From the NCBI GenBank assembly GCA_002104905.1, contig MCFE01000160.1, positions 1 through 64,000 on the forward strand: a stretch of 64,000 nucleotides of DNA, in the 5' to 3' direction. The position numbers and the translations under genes are program-made. Position 1 is the stretch's first letter; each line of letters begins with the position of its first letter. The notes beneath the pieces were generated by a model that searched no databases, had not been told where the DNA came from, and was given only the letters and a program-made list of their open reading frames with translations. Origin of the DNA: Basidiobolus meristosporus CBS 931.73. Taxonomy: Eukaryota; Fungi; Basidiobolomycota. Below, in pieces: positions 12,734 to 23,789 of the stretch.

Positions 12734-12740
12734 TTTTATA
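12734..12740 (-). promoter_or_regulatory. Candidate TATA box (TATAAAA) of HOM3
   Basis: TATAAAA on the minus strand about 100 bp upstream of the ATG. Confidence 0.4.
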
Positions 12741-12832
12741 GGCGCTCGTTCGGCTGGCCAAGATGAGCCTTGGAGAGCGGATCAGATTCGTGATAATCTG
12801 CGCGTGGAGATCTTATGAGCATAGCAGCATAT

Positions 12833-12839
12833 TGACTCA
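12833..12839. promoter_or_regulatory. Gcn4/CpcA (AP-1) site TGACTCA upstream of HOM3
   Basis: TTGACTCAT about 200 bp upstream of the ATG. HOM3 is an established Gcn4 target in budding yeast. Confidence 0.55.
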
Positions 12840-14752
12840 TCTTGGCTCTTATCTCTGTTTAGCAATATTACCAAATCGACAAATCAACCCTCGCGAAGGT
12901 CGGAATTTCGGCCCTTCTATTTTAAGGGCCTCGCCTCCTATTGGAGGAGTTTATATTTTTTCGACACGGTCACCGAGTCCAAGTGGATTTCATTGATTGT
13001 GATGATAGGGCGGTTGCATGAGCCCAAGCCTTGGGTGTTCACGAAATCCAACCTACGGCCAGTGGATTGCAAGCATCCGATTGCACGAAGCCGGCGTGTT
13101 CTGCTGTGTTCGAGAGTTAGCCATGGCTGTGTGGCCTCATTTGGCCAAGTGTGAATATGCTTTTAGGCTCCGTGGCCCTGGGCTTCTAGATTCGTTCAAA
13201 CATCCCTCCCACCTTCTGCTTCGGTAGATAAGCTCGAGGGCTGTGTGACCACGGCTTTTTGATCACATGCCTCTCGATCAGCATACTGCCTTGGTGGTCC
13301 CACTTCGGAATGGGCTTCTACGTTGATTGCGAGAACATCATCGCCTAGTGGATGTACCACATCCTTGTTGTGGTCAGGACGAGCACCCAACCAATAGGCA
13401 TTCTCGATGAGGAAATGGCGTTTGGGTTTCCTTGGGTGTCACATGATCCCGCCCCAAAGCTATGGGATGAATAGGTACAGGAGTGATTAGAGATTGGATC
13501 CGTATCATCAGCCTATGACAGAGCCGCTGTCGCTGCTGAGCAGTTGGGCCCTGTTTGGTCACGAACGCATTTTTGCTCCAACACTGATAAGCAGTCCTGG
13601 CAAATGGCTTGGGCACAGCATCATCAGTACGGCTATTGTTCACATGGTGGTTGGCTCATATTTCATGGTGTATTCCAGTTCGGAAAACCGATGTATGTTT
13701 GGCCAGGCACATCCACCATTTGTCAGGTTGAACATGTGGAGATTCCACATCCATACGCTGGTCGGGGGCGGCTGCATACTAAGTCGAGGCAAAGGTAAGG
13801 GAGTGGATGAAGACAGACGCCTCGGGTTGGGTTTCCGTCATTGTTGAGGTTCAGGACTAAGGCTATGGCGGCTTCGGAGACTGTTGAGATCGTCTGCTCG
13901 AGATTTCTAGTCCAATGAGCGAGCCGATCAACCATGCTGATCTTCAACGTGCTGTTGATCTGATAGCCATGACAATGGATCGACCAAGAATAAAAGCCAC
14001 CATTGTGATGCAGTGGAGAGTGATTGGGCGTGATATTGGCCAGTACGGCAAGTGCTGTAAACGCAGGTGGGCAGCTGGACTGCGGTGTTCTAAATGCGCC
14101 GTTGATCTATTTCCAATGCCACCATATGCCCCTTACTCGACTGAAACCAGCCATTTTGGAGTTCGCCTGTCAGGTAGGAGTACGATGCTATCCAGGAGAT
14201 CTCTGGGCGATAAACCCAGACATATTCCAACGGGACCTGGATGGTGTACTTGGGTATATGTATCTTAGATCCTGATTGGATTGCGAGCAAGGGATGCCGT
14301 TCTCCTGGTTGAATCAATCAAACACCTGGCTTGATTCGCTAAGGCGCGTGCTCATGCTAATGAACACCAGTACCTGAGCGCATTCTAACGTGGCCACTCC
14401 AGTCGGCGTATATATCACACATGAGACTGGGTTAATGGAATGAGACCACAGTACGGTACACTCAACGACACATTGGTTCCAAATGCCCCAGGAGCCATGT
14501 TGAGCCCAACCAGCCCTCCTTAGATGGTTAGATCACAGCCATAATTGCATTTATATGTATGGTGGCAATCGTTAGATCACTTTGAGCCAGGAGTGAATTA
14601 TGGATAATGGTGCGTCTTCACCACTGAAACGAGGGCTTATATAACAACTGCTGCAATTCCATCTTCTTTATTACCTGGATTGCGGGCCTCAGACCAAATA
14701 TTAGTAGGTTTCTAGTACACTTTCCTTCCGAACCCGCTTAGCCTACACCATC

Positions 14753-16561
14753 ATGGTTTTCTCTGAAACATTCTACGCACTCACCGTACCCGCGGTAACC
14801 TTCGTATATCTGAACTCCAGGAAGCCTGCCATCAGCGAGGGGGAGGGGGAAAAAGCAAGCGCTTCAGCCGAAAAACCCGAGGCTGCAGCAACTCGGGAGT
14901 ACGCCAACTTCCGTAACAAGTATCTGCTTGTGTACTGCACAGTGATGGGTGAGCCAAGCTAAATGTGTTCTATCCGTGAGCCAGGGGGACTCATCTTTCT
15001 TTGTTTGCCTAGCGGGAGACTGGCTGCAAGGACCGTATTTCTACTCCCTGTATAGGAGCCACGGCCTGGAGATGAGCGCAATCTCGGTGTTGCTGGTAAC
15101 GGGCTATTTGTCAAGCGCCGTTTTTGGAGCCCTGGTGGGTTCCATCGCTGATCAGTAGTACGTATCATATATTACTATCTTCCTTCAACAACCCACCTGT
15201 GTGCATCCTAAGACCACGAACCTGACCTGTTTCGAACCAGCGGACGAAAACGCTCCTGCTTGTGGTTTACCGTATTGTACTCTATGGCAAGCATTCTGGC
15301 CACCATTCCCAGCTTCCCGCTGCTGATGATAGGGAAGATTTTCGGCGGAATAAGCACGTCCCTACTGTACTCCGTCTTTGAATCGTGGATGGTGAGTCAA
15401 CACGTTAAAGAAGGTAACTCGCTTCCTCCCCCTCCTACAAGCTCGGAGCGTAACACCATGTCCCGAATTTTCTGACCAGGCTTTTCCACCACGATGCTGT
15501 CACAAACTTTCTCCTGGGGAACCTTCCTCAACGGATTCATGGCCATCCTGTGCGGCTTGTTCGCCGATTCTCTAGTCAAGCGCGCAGGCAATCCTGCTCC
15601 GTTCTACGCTGCCATCGGTGTGTTCTCCGTCGGGGCGATCTTGATCTACTCGCTATGGACGGAAAACTATGGCAGTGGCGAGGTAAGACGGTGTATCTTG
15701 TAGGGAAGCTTGTCCACATTCTGATGATCCCTCCACGTCCATAGAAAACCGAAAAAACCTCGGATGCGCTCGTCAGCTCGTTCAAGCAAATCGTCCAAGG
15801 TAAGAACGTTGTGATCCAGAGGTCGACTTTCTGCTCACCATCCAGAACCCCAGACCGTAAGATCGCCATGGTAGGGCTGCTCCAGGTGTTGTTCGAAGGC
15901 GCAATGTTCAGCGTGATATCTTTGTGGGGCCCGATCTTAGAAGCAGTCAGTGGTAAGTTCCAGAGAAACCCTACTTCGGCTTGACATCGCTGAACTCAGC
16001 AAAACTAGTCGGCCAGGAGCTCCCGTACGGCATCATCTTCTCCAGCTTCATGATGTCCATGATGATTGGCTCGCTATCATTCCAATACCTATGCGACCGC
16101 CAGTGGTCCACTGTGAACATAGGGAAAGTGTGCTTCCTGGTATCTAGCTTATCCTTGATCGGAACCAAGCTGCTTCAGGTAAGAGCGTTCAGCACTGTCC
16201 AGCAATCGATACGCAGCCGCGAGTGACACTTCTGGCAACCTTCCCCAACCTAGACCCAGAACTGGATCTTCTGGTGCTTCAACGCCTTCGAGTTTGCCTG
16301 CGGGATGTACTTCCCGATGATGGGGACGTTGAGAAGCACCTACGTGCCGGAGAAATCCCGCTCCACTATCATGAACCTATTTGGGATCCCGTTGAACATC
16401 TTCGTCGCCTCGATATTACTGATGGTAAGTGCCCACCCACGCTCTCCAAGTGTTTCATCTAACAGGCGTTCGCCTAGTCCGCGAGCACCTCGGCCACCAG
16501 CCTCCTGACCCTGTGTAGCCTCAATCTACTCCTGGCTTGCGGCTTGCTGTTCGGGATCTAA
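14753..16561 (+). CDS. MFS transporter of the MFSD5/MOT2 (DUF791) molybdate-anion transporter family, multi-exon
   Basis: GDWLQGPYFYSLY, GSIADQYGRK, GKIFGGISTSLLYSVFESWMVSQH, FEFACGMYFPMMGTLRSTYVPEKSRSTIMNLFGIPLN. Stop TAA at 16559-16561. Confidence 0.88.
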
Positions 16562-16883
16562 GTTCGGCCATCTCTCGCCCTCCACCTTTCCCCCCTTGCC
16601 TTCTCTGCGCCCCCCCCGAACCGCCTGAATTGTACGTAATAAATTCTTCAGTAGAGCAGCAAAAGTGACGCTTCAGTGTTTATTTAGATATTCAGGAGAG
16701 CAGTGTTGGCCGCACCGCAACAAGGCCCCGGTCTAAGCCAACCCACAAATCGAGCAAAATGAAGGGGAAAATAAACTATCTATAGTTGATGAGCGAGGAA
16801 TGGATACATAATATGACATACAAAGCAACATTGGGGGATCGAACTCTGCGGGTATCTTTACAGGATGGAGATCAGGTTCCGGG

Positions 16884-17717
16884 CTAATTCTTACTATTTA
16901 CCAGCTTCATCATTTGCATGAATTTTTGTTGTGGCCGCTCCTTTTTGTTCATCTGCTTGATACGGACCTTGCGCTGTACAGTCTCCATGGTGACGGCCGG
17001 GTTGGGGTGACCCGCCTGGGGTTGGCTTGGGGATCGCTGCTTCGAGTCCATCATGACACAGTACTCGATGGGGAACTCGGGGGTTGCCTTTCGTTTCTTG
17101 GACTCCTCGGAGCCCAGGCTGGCGGAGAGCGGCTGTGGGGGTTGAGGGATGTCGATGCTGTAATCAGCCTTGGAGTCAAGCGGGGTGTCGATGAAGTTGT
17201 TTTCGTCGACCGACGTGGGAGGAGTGAGGGGAGCTTGGGTGGGTAGAGGATCGTTGTATGGATCGAGGCTGACGGAGTTGTCGTCGGAGCTAACGTCGTC
17301 GTGATGGTCGCTAGCCGAATGGCTATGGTCACTAGGGGAATGGCTATGATGGTGGCTGTGGTGATTCAAGATCTTGAGCTCGTACTTCTTGGTCTCCTCG
17401 CGAGCCAACTCTATCTTGTAACGATACTGCTCGGTTAGTCTTCTGTCCTCCTCCATCTTCGCCTTGAGTAGCAGATCCATCGTCTCGGGCTTGTCCGCAA
17501 ACCGGTCGATGATCTCACGAAGGGAAATGGAGGCATCGCTGCGGTCCTGGCTGCTGCCGGGGTTGCTGTAGTTGGAGCCGACATTGATGTTTGGGAAGTT
17601 GAAGATGGGTGCGGATAAAGGAGGTGTGGTGTCAGTGGTTAGGGCAGGCAGTTCTGTGAAAGGAAGAGTGGCAAGTAGGCTTCCGTTGAGGCCCCATTGG
17701 AAATTCGGTGGGCACAT
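16884..17717 (-). CDS. Hypothetical 277-aa low-complexity protein with a coiled-coil core and His/Ser tract
   Basis: Open ORF with a real ATG at 17717. A CTAAT..TAG acceptor just upstream suggests a 5'UTR intron. GC3-rich coding pattern. Confidence 0.7.
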   Translation of the reverse strand: MCPPNFQWGLNGSLLATLPFTELPALTTDTTPPLSAPIFNFPNINVGSNYSNPGSSQDRSDASISLREIIDRFADKPETMDLLLKAKMEEDRRLTEQYRYKIELAREETKKYELKILNHHSHHHSHSPSDHSHSASDHHDDVSSDDNSVSLDPYNDPLPTQAPLTPPTSVDENNFIDTPLDSKADYSIDIPQPPQPLSASLGSEESKKRKATPEFPIEYCVMMDSKQRSPSQPQAGHPNPAVTMETVQRKVRIKQMNKKERPQQKFMQMMKLVNSKN

Positions 17718-18664
17718 GATGCGTTCGTTTGAAGCTAGCTACGTGAGCAGATTAGGAGAGGATTGGGTGGTGGGGCGGTGGTGGATGCTAGAGGTAGAAG
17801 GATATACGATAATGCTATGAGGAGGATGCCAATGGGTGCATCCCCTAGAAGTCCGAGAATAGAGAAGTGATCGACCTGTTCCACAGGCACCCTTCTCGAG
17901 GCTTTATACCAGGAGAGCATCTGCACACCTTCCTACTCGGGTGTATTGGTTGAAAGATATATCCTTGGAATGGCACCTCACTGGCTGTTTTAGGAAAATC
18001 TCTCCGTAATCTTTACCGTGGCGATGGTCGCCAATTCCAACGAATTCCCTAGAAGCTAAACATGGACACGCTTCCAAAAGCCCAAGCAAGATTAACCAAA
18101 AGAGAACATCCCCAGTGGATGTCTGATTCGGTATCGACCACCTCGACGCACATTGGCGGGCTAGAATAGCTGGCATTCCGGCGGCCACCCATCCAGACTT
18201 CACCCAGGTATGAAACTGAACTCTCCCTCCCCAAGATGGAATTTCTATAAACATCTTCTATTCCTCCTTACTCGCTCGCCTATTTTCGTCAACATTTTTA
18301 CTAATCTTGACCAACGGATCTTCAGCGTAGAATTTATTTCCTCAATGGCTCGTTCGGTTCAGTTCCATCAGAAAAGGCATCATCTTATCGTTTAGTCAGT
18401 GACCTTGCTATACATGGATTGGTCCAGGCCAGATATACCCTAGCAATCACCCAGGAATTCTACATCATCCCACCAACTATCTGCATGGATCATCCATTCC
18501 GGAATCACCCATTCGGTCTCTCTCTCCTCCAATCGAGCCCACCTCGAGCAGAAAGAAAACCAAAAGTAAACAAACCTATCCCGGATTCCAAGCATCCATA
18601 GGATGATGGTGTCTGTGGGACCCTTTCAAGCAATCAAGCCATTCTAGTTTCCACGACCACCTCG

Positions 18665-20104
18665 ATGTTAGGGGCCCAGCAATCTCCCGACGACTTCGCT
18701 TCCGATAATCTCGATCCTCTGGAGACGTGAGTATCCCTTTGTATCTCTTACCTCACGAGCCAGTGGACACTCTCCTACGACGAGACTACGCTCCGTCCCC
18801 CCTTTGAAGTTTATGTTCCTGGTTTGGTTTGAGAAGCTAACCCTTACGTCGGCGTTCTAGCGTGGAGAATCTACCGGACTATGAGGAGCAGCGACAAGCG
18901 AACATTCTCAAGAACCAAGCACTGCTGATGCAGCTGGGTTTGGTGCCTAGTCTGGTTGGCATTCCGGAGGTAAAACCAAGTTCCGCTCTTGCCCTCGTCC
19001 CCACACCCAGCCCCGCCCTCTAGCCGTGTGAATTACTAACCCTGCGGGTAACGCTCCCGGTTTGGCAGGAATGTGTACGGGTGGAGACAAATCCGGTGAA
19101 GAAGAGGCGCTCAGTAACCAGAAAGCCTCGAGATCAGTTGAAGGGGAGGCCTGAAGCCACCTCACGGGTCTCCCGACGTCTACGCGGAGAAGAACCGGTG
19201 GCCGTACCTCTGGTAAGCACTGTCCGTAAAGACTGTTCGGTGCGAAGACATTCTAACCCCTCGGAATTCAACACCAAAGTTGGATGAGATCGATACGACC
19301 GAGCCAGAGCCTCAGCAATCCCCCAAGACGAAGAACCTCAAGTCCGTGGCCGCATACGACCTTCCGGACGAGATCCACCTGCCCCTCACACTCAAGAGCA
19401 TCAAGACCACGATCTGGGAGATTGGCAGCATCCACCACGGCCCCGGCAAAGAGAAGTACTGGAGTAATTCGGGAGTAACTGGGAAGAGATATCGATGGTT
19501 TCATTGGACTCTACTGACGCGGCCGCCCATATTTCGTCTATTCTAGTGCATGTTTCGCCATCCATATCCAGTAGGTTATCGAGCCACAAAGGAGCACCTG
19601 GGTCGAGTGTTTGATATGAACATCCGATCTGGCGACAAAGGGCCTATCTTCGAGGTAAACTTGCTTGCTTATCGGACCCTCTGGCGCCAAATCTCACCCA
19701 ACTTTTTCTTAGGTCGCGCAAGTGGGCACGTTGCAACGCTGGCAAGGACCTACGCGTAATACTCTCCTTTCCCTTCCCTTCGTCAGAGTATTTTCTTCCG
19801 CTAACCTCGTTCGATCCCCCTCTTTAGCCACCGCCCCGTGGACCGAAGCATGCCTGACCAGTCGTTCCAAAGGGACCCGTGTCAGCGGACCACTGGTAAG
19901 TAACGCCCCTTTCGCGGCTCAAGGTCCATGCATCAGCCTGTTCTCTGTTCTCTGACCCCCCTTCCAAACCAACAGTTCTTCGGCTTCTCAGACCCCTTGA
20001 CGCAGAAGATGATCGAAGGATTACCCAATTACGAACCGTACGATCTGGTATTCCCTGCGAAAGCGGTCAAAAAATCCCGATCTAGATCCAAGGAAGAGCT
20101 GTGA
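18665..20104 (+). CDS. FYRN/FYRC-domain (TBRG1-like) chromatin-associated protein, multi-exon
   Basis: DYEEQRQANILKNQALLMQLGL N-terminal helix; FYRN-like IWEIGSI...FRHPYPVGYRATK...GPIFEV; FYRC-like PTAPWTEAC...RVSGPL/FFGFSDPLTQKMIEGLP. Start and some exon limits are approximate. Confidence 0.65.
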
Positions 20105-20144
20105 TTCCGGCCCCAGCCTTAGTTTTCAACCTAGCCATAGCTCA

Positions 20145-20236
20145 CCATCGCCATCGCCATCGCCATCGCCATCACCGTAACCATAATCATAACCACAGCC
20201 GTAACCGTAACCGTAACCATAACCATCACCGTGACC
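20145..20236 (+). repeat. Degenerate hexamer microsatellite (CCATCG)4 / (CCGTAA)n / (CCATAA)n
   Basis: Read directly; lies just 3' of the FYR gene stop. Confidence 0.8.
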
Positions 20237-20859
20237 TTGACCACTGTCACGAACGTCAAACCCCAACCCCGACTCTACACCGCTCCTTCCATTCCCAACC
20301 ACACCAAACCCGTTCGATCGTGTTGTCTAACGTACATTGCACTTGAACCTGGAACCCATGCATTAACCGCCCCCTTTTTGTTCCCTCCCCTTTCATCTCC
20401 CGGTTCGCTTCTTTTGATCCGCACCGGTTCCGCTCCGCTCCGACCCGACCCGACCTCTCCTCCCCCACGATTAGTTCGCATTGGGACAGATAGCGGATTA
20501 GAAGCGCAGGACATCCAAATCGATGCCAATCTTATCGTCCGCCCCAACTAGACCGGTGCCCCCTATCCTGTCCCAACCTATCCGAACCTATCCCATCTCG
20601 TCTCGTCTCCATCCCACCTGCCGAATCCAGAGATCCCATTTGGATCGGTGGGATGGGATTTTCTCGCTAGTGTGGTCGCTCACGACCCACCGTCGGTTGG
20701 CGTGATCTTTCCACCCTGGCTCCGTTCCATTACATGAGGAGTGGATTCAGTACTGAATTCAATTGGTTTTTTAATTAATAAAATGTGCGTGTTCTCAACC
20801 TGGGCCGATCCGTCACCGCAAACGCAAATGCAACCGCAACCATAGCCATTACTGTAGCT

Positions 20860-20889
20860 GTAACCGTAACCGTAACCGTAACCGTAACC
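20860..20889 (+). repeat. (GTAACC)5 microsatellite
   Basis: Five perfect units. Confidence 0.9.
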
Positions 20890-21006
20890 CTCCCCCTCAC
20901 GATCGACATCCCCTTCACTTCATCTCGATCTAGTTTACGGCCTCTCGTTCGGTATCACCTTGATTGTGCGGGGTAACAGAAAGGATTGAGGTTGCGGTGG
21001 TGGCAA

Positions 21007-21066
21007 TAGCAGCAGCAGCAGCAGTAGTGGTGGTGGCAGTAGTAGTAGTAGCAGTAGCAGTAGCAG
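21007..21066 (+). repeat. Mixed (CAG/TAG/TGG)n trinucleotide tract
   Basis: Read directly; lies 3' of the ATG18 stop. Confidence 0.8.
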
Positions 21067-21253
21067 TTAGATAAATAAATGATTATACGAAATTCCATTC
21101 TCCCTCCTGCAAATTACGAAATCCAAAGGGGAAAAGGGACAGAAACATGATAGCAGGGAGATCGTTATTAGTGTATTATGCACAAGAAAAAGACAGAAGA
21201 AAAAACAATCAGCTTGATGAACTCGGGGAATCCGGGTGGCCAGGGCTTGTCTA

Positions 21254-22958
21254 TTACTCGGCAGAGAAATCGTCTTGGGAATCCAACAGGCTGTACTGCT
21301 TGGTTAGCACACACTCCCCGCCGTTTTCCAAGTCGATGTTGTATTGGTACAAATATCCATCCGAAGTGACCACCATGACCTGTGGGGTGGAGCTGTTGGG
21401 ATGGGCAAGAAATGAATCAACCGTCCAATGGTCAAGGGTCGTGATGCCATGTAACTAACCTGCTGATGGCTACGATGCTGTGGACCCCGGCCGAAGGCAA
21501 CTTGAGATACGCGAAGTCTCTGGCCGGCTCCCACATCTCGGTGAGAGCGTCAGGAAGCAGCGCCCCAACATTACCTGCAATCTTCTTATGGAACGAGGTC
21601 CTACGGATAGCGCTGCTACAGTGTGAACAACCGAGTCAGTTCAGTTGGATCGATCTGGCCAGATGGGGCTACTTACGCTACACCAGATCCGGCGGTGTGT
21701 CTTCTGGATAACCTTTGGCCTGGCTCGTCTCCATTGACCCCATCTCTTCCGCCGTTTTCATCGTTCTTCGACAGCTTGAAGATGTGCACGGTCTCGGTGT
21801 CACTTGACACGCTCAACAATGTGCTGACGATGTTGAAGGAGATGGAGTAGATGTGGGCGGGGTAAGAGCCTCGTCTGAATTGGTAGAGCCTTTGGAAATT
21901 GGGCAAGGAAAACACTCGAATCACCGTTCCCTGTTACGCAAGATCAATTAGGACCAACGCCCTCCGTTCAGCCAGTGAGGCGAGGTTGCGTTACCTTGTC
22001 GCTCGCCGTGGCAACCATGGTCCCATCGGAGCTGACCGAGATGCACGAGACGGGGCTTTTATGGGCCTGGATGTAGTTGACGTTCTGAAGCGAGATGGTA
22101 TCGAAACACAAGATGTCTCCGGAGGCGGAACCATGGCTCGCCGCCACAGCCGGCGAGGAGAACGGCGAGGATGGGGAGGGTGAAGGCGATGGATAAACCA
22201 GGTAGCAGTTGTCGTTGGATGGGGACAAGGCGCACACAGCTGAAACAAGAACCGTTGAGTAAACGTCTGGAGGAGTGAGAATGGTTACGCAAGCAGTACC
22301 GTGAGGGTTCGGGCTGGTTTCGATGATGTGCAACAACTTCATGTTGCTGATGTCGTAGACATAGATCTGCTCCTCCAATATGACCACCAGCCTACGACGA
22401 TTGAGTTTCACCGCCAAGATGGTGGTGGGGAAGGTGAGCTCGCAGATGGTCGACTCTCGCTGCAAGAAATCCCCGCACGACGTCAGAAGTGGTTCGAGGA
22501 GAAAAGAAACCGCCTTAGCCATACCTTGGTGTTCGCAATCTGCAGGCGTCGGGGCGAAAAGGCGGGTTGTTCGCCGGCCCCCACAAGGGCCACCAGTGAG
22601 GTGCAAAACAACATCTCCACCACGCCTACACCACCATCAGCTGTCAAGAGGATTAGTATGGCGGGCCAAGTGAGTTGTCAACGGAGTACGCTACAGATGG
22701 GCAGATGTCGAGACCCAGAACGAATCCATGTTGGATAATTGGACGTCACTTACACTTCGAATAGCATTTTCCAAACGGATCGCAATTGTATATCTTGTAA
22801 CCGTTCCTGGTTCCAGCGGAGATGCAACTACAAAAAAACCACTCGAGGGTGAGTTCCCTGGTGCAGGACAATCAGTCAGCACAACACTTGGCGAACCTGA
22901 AATCTTGGTTGAAGTTCAGAAAGAGCAGCTCGTTGTTGGATTTGTTTCCAAGATTCAT
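21254..22958 (-). CDS. ATG18: Autophagy PROPPIN Atg18/WIPI, multi-exon
   Basis: [66 protein letters not shown], the phosphoinositide-binding FRRG motif ([17 protein letters not shown]) and [11 protein letters not shown] at 22958, TAA at 21254. Confidence 0.93.
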
Positions 22959-23789
22959 GGCAAACTAAAACTGAGGTGGAAGAAGTTGGGTAATAAGAAA
23001 TAGGCCAAACCGCCCTTACGAGGTAGGTAAAAGCTGTGAATGCAGAGGGAAGATGATTGGCCCCAAAGTTTAAGGTAGTTTCTATTAGCTCAACTAAAAT
23101 AGTCACCACTCCTACTCAATGCCATCAAAAATTCTGATCCTGTGGTTACAATGTTGTTTGTATGTTATGTTGATTCCGGGTTTTCTGCGGCTTAGAGAGG
23201 AAATCCATTTACTGATGAATATATATATATTACCCATGCTTGATGCCAAATCATGCAAACCTTGTTGTTAGATTTTCAGTGGCCAGTACGTAATCGATTG
23301 CCTCATATGTGGGAAATCGCTCGGAGGTTAATATGATTCATGCAGGTGAAGGGATGAATGTGGCAAGTACGCGACTGACGAAAATCCGCCATCCACATAT
23401 TCCACACTACAAGCCACACCCCATTTATGAAGGGATTGCTAGCAAGCAGCCACATCCTCTCCTCTCTGGGCCGCAAGGAACACCGACGTTGTCTCTGCGC
23501 GGCAGCCCGGCCCTTTATCTGAGGAATCCTGGTTGGGCTTGCATTTGTAATCAACAACGAAATTTATTGTGCAGAAAGTATCCGGAAGTTTCAAGGCAAT
23601 TCATGAAGATTATTGTCTAATGTATTTAACTCATCATCGTGATAATAGTACAAACGGCTCATTGCTTTTCAACATGAAATTCGGTAGCTCAATAAGGAGT
23701 CGGTCAATGAATGGGTGGTAGAGTGTGGAAACCAACAGCCATAACCATGCCTTCGTCGAGAGGAGTACGCAATCCAGCAGCACCACAAA

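Noticed and set aside
12636-12761. 42-aa N-terminal extension of HOM3 in the ORF track
   Set aside because: Starts at a non-ATG codon and overlaps the TATA box; homology begins after ATG 12635.
20101-20346. His/Arg/Asn-rich ORF (HHRHRHRH..NHNH)
   Set aside because: Translation of hexamer microsatellites just after the FYR gene stop; no ATG start.
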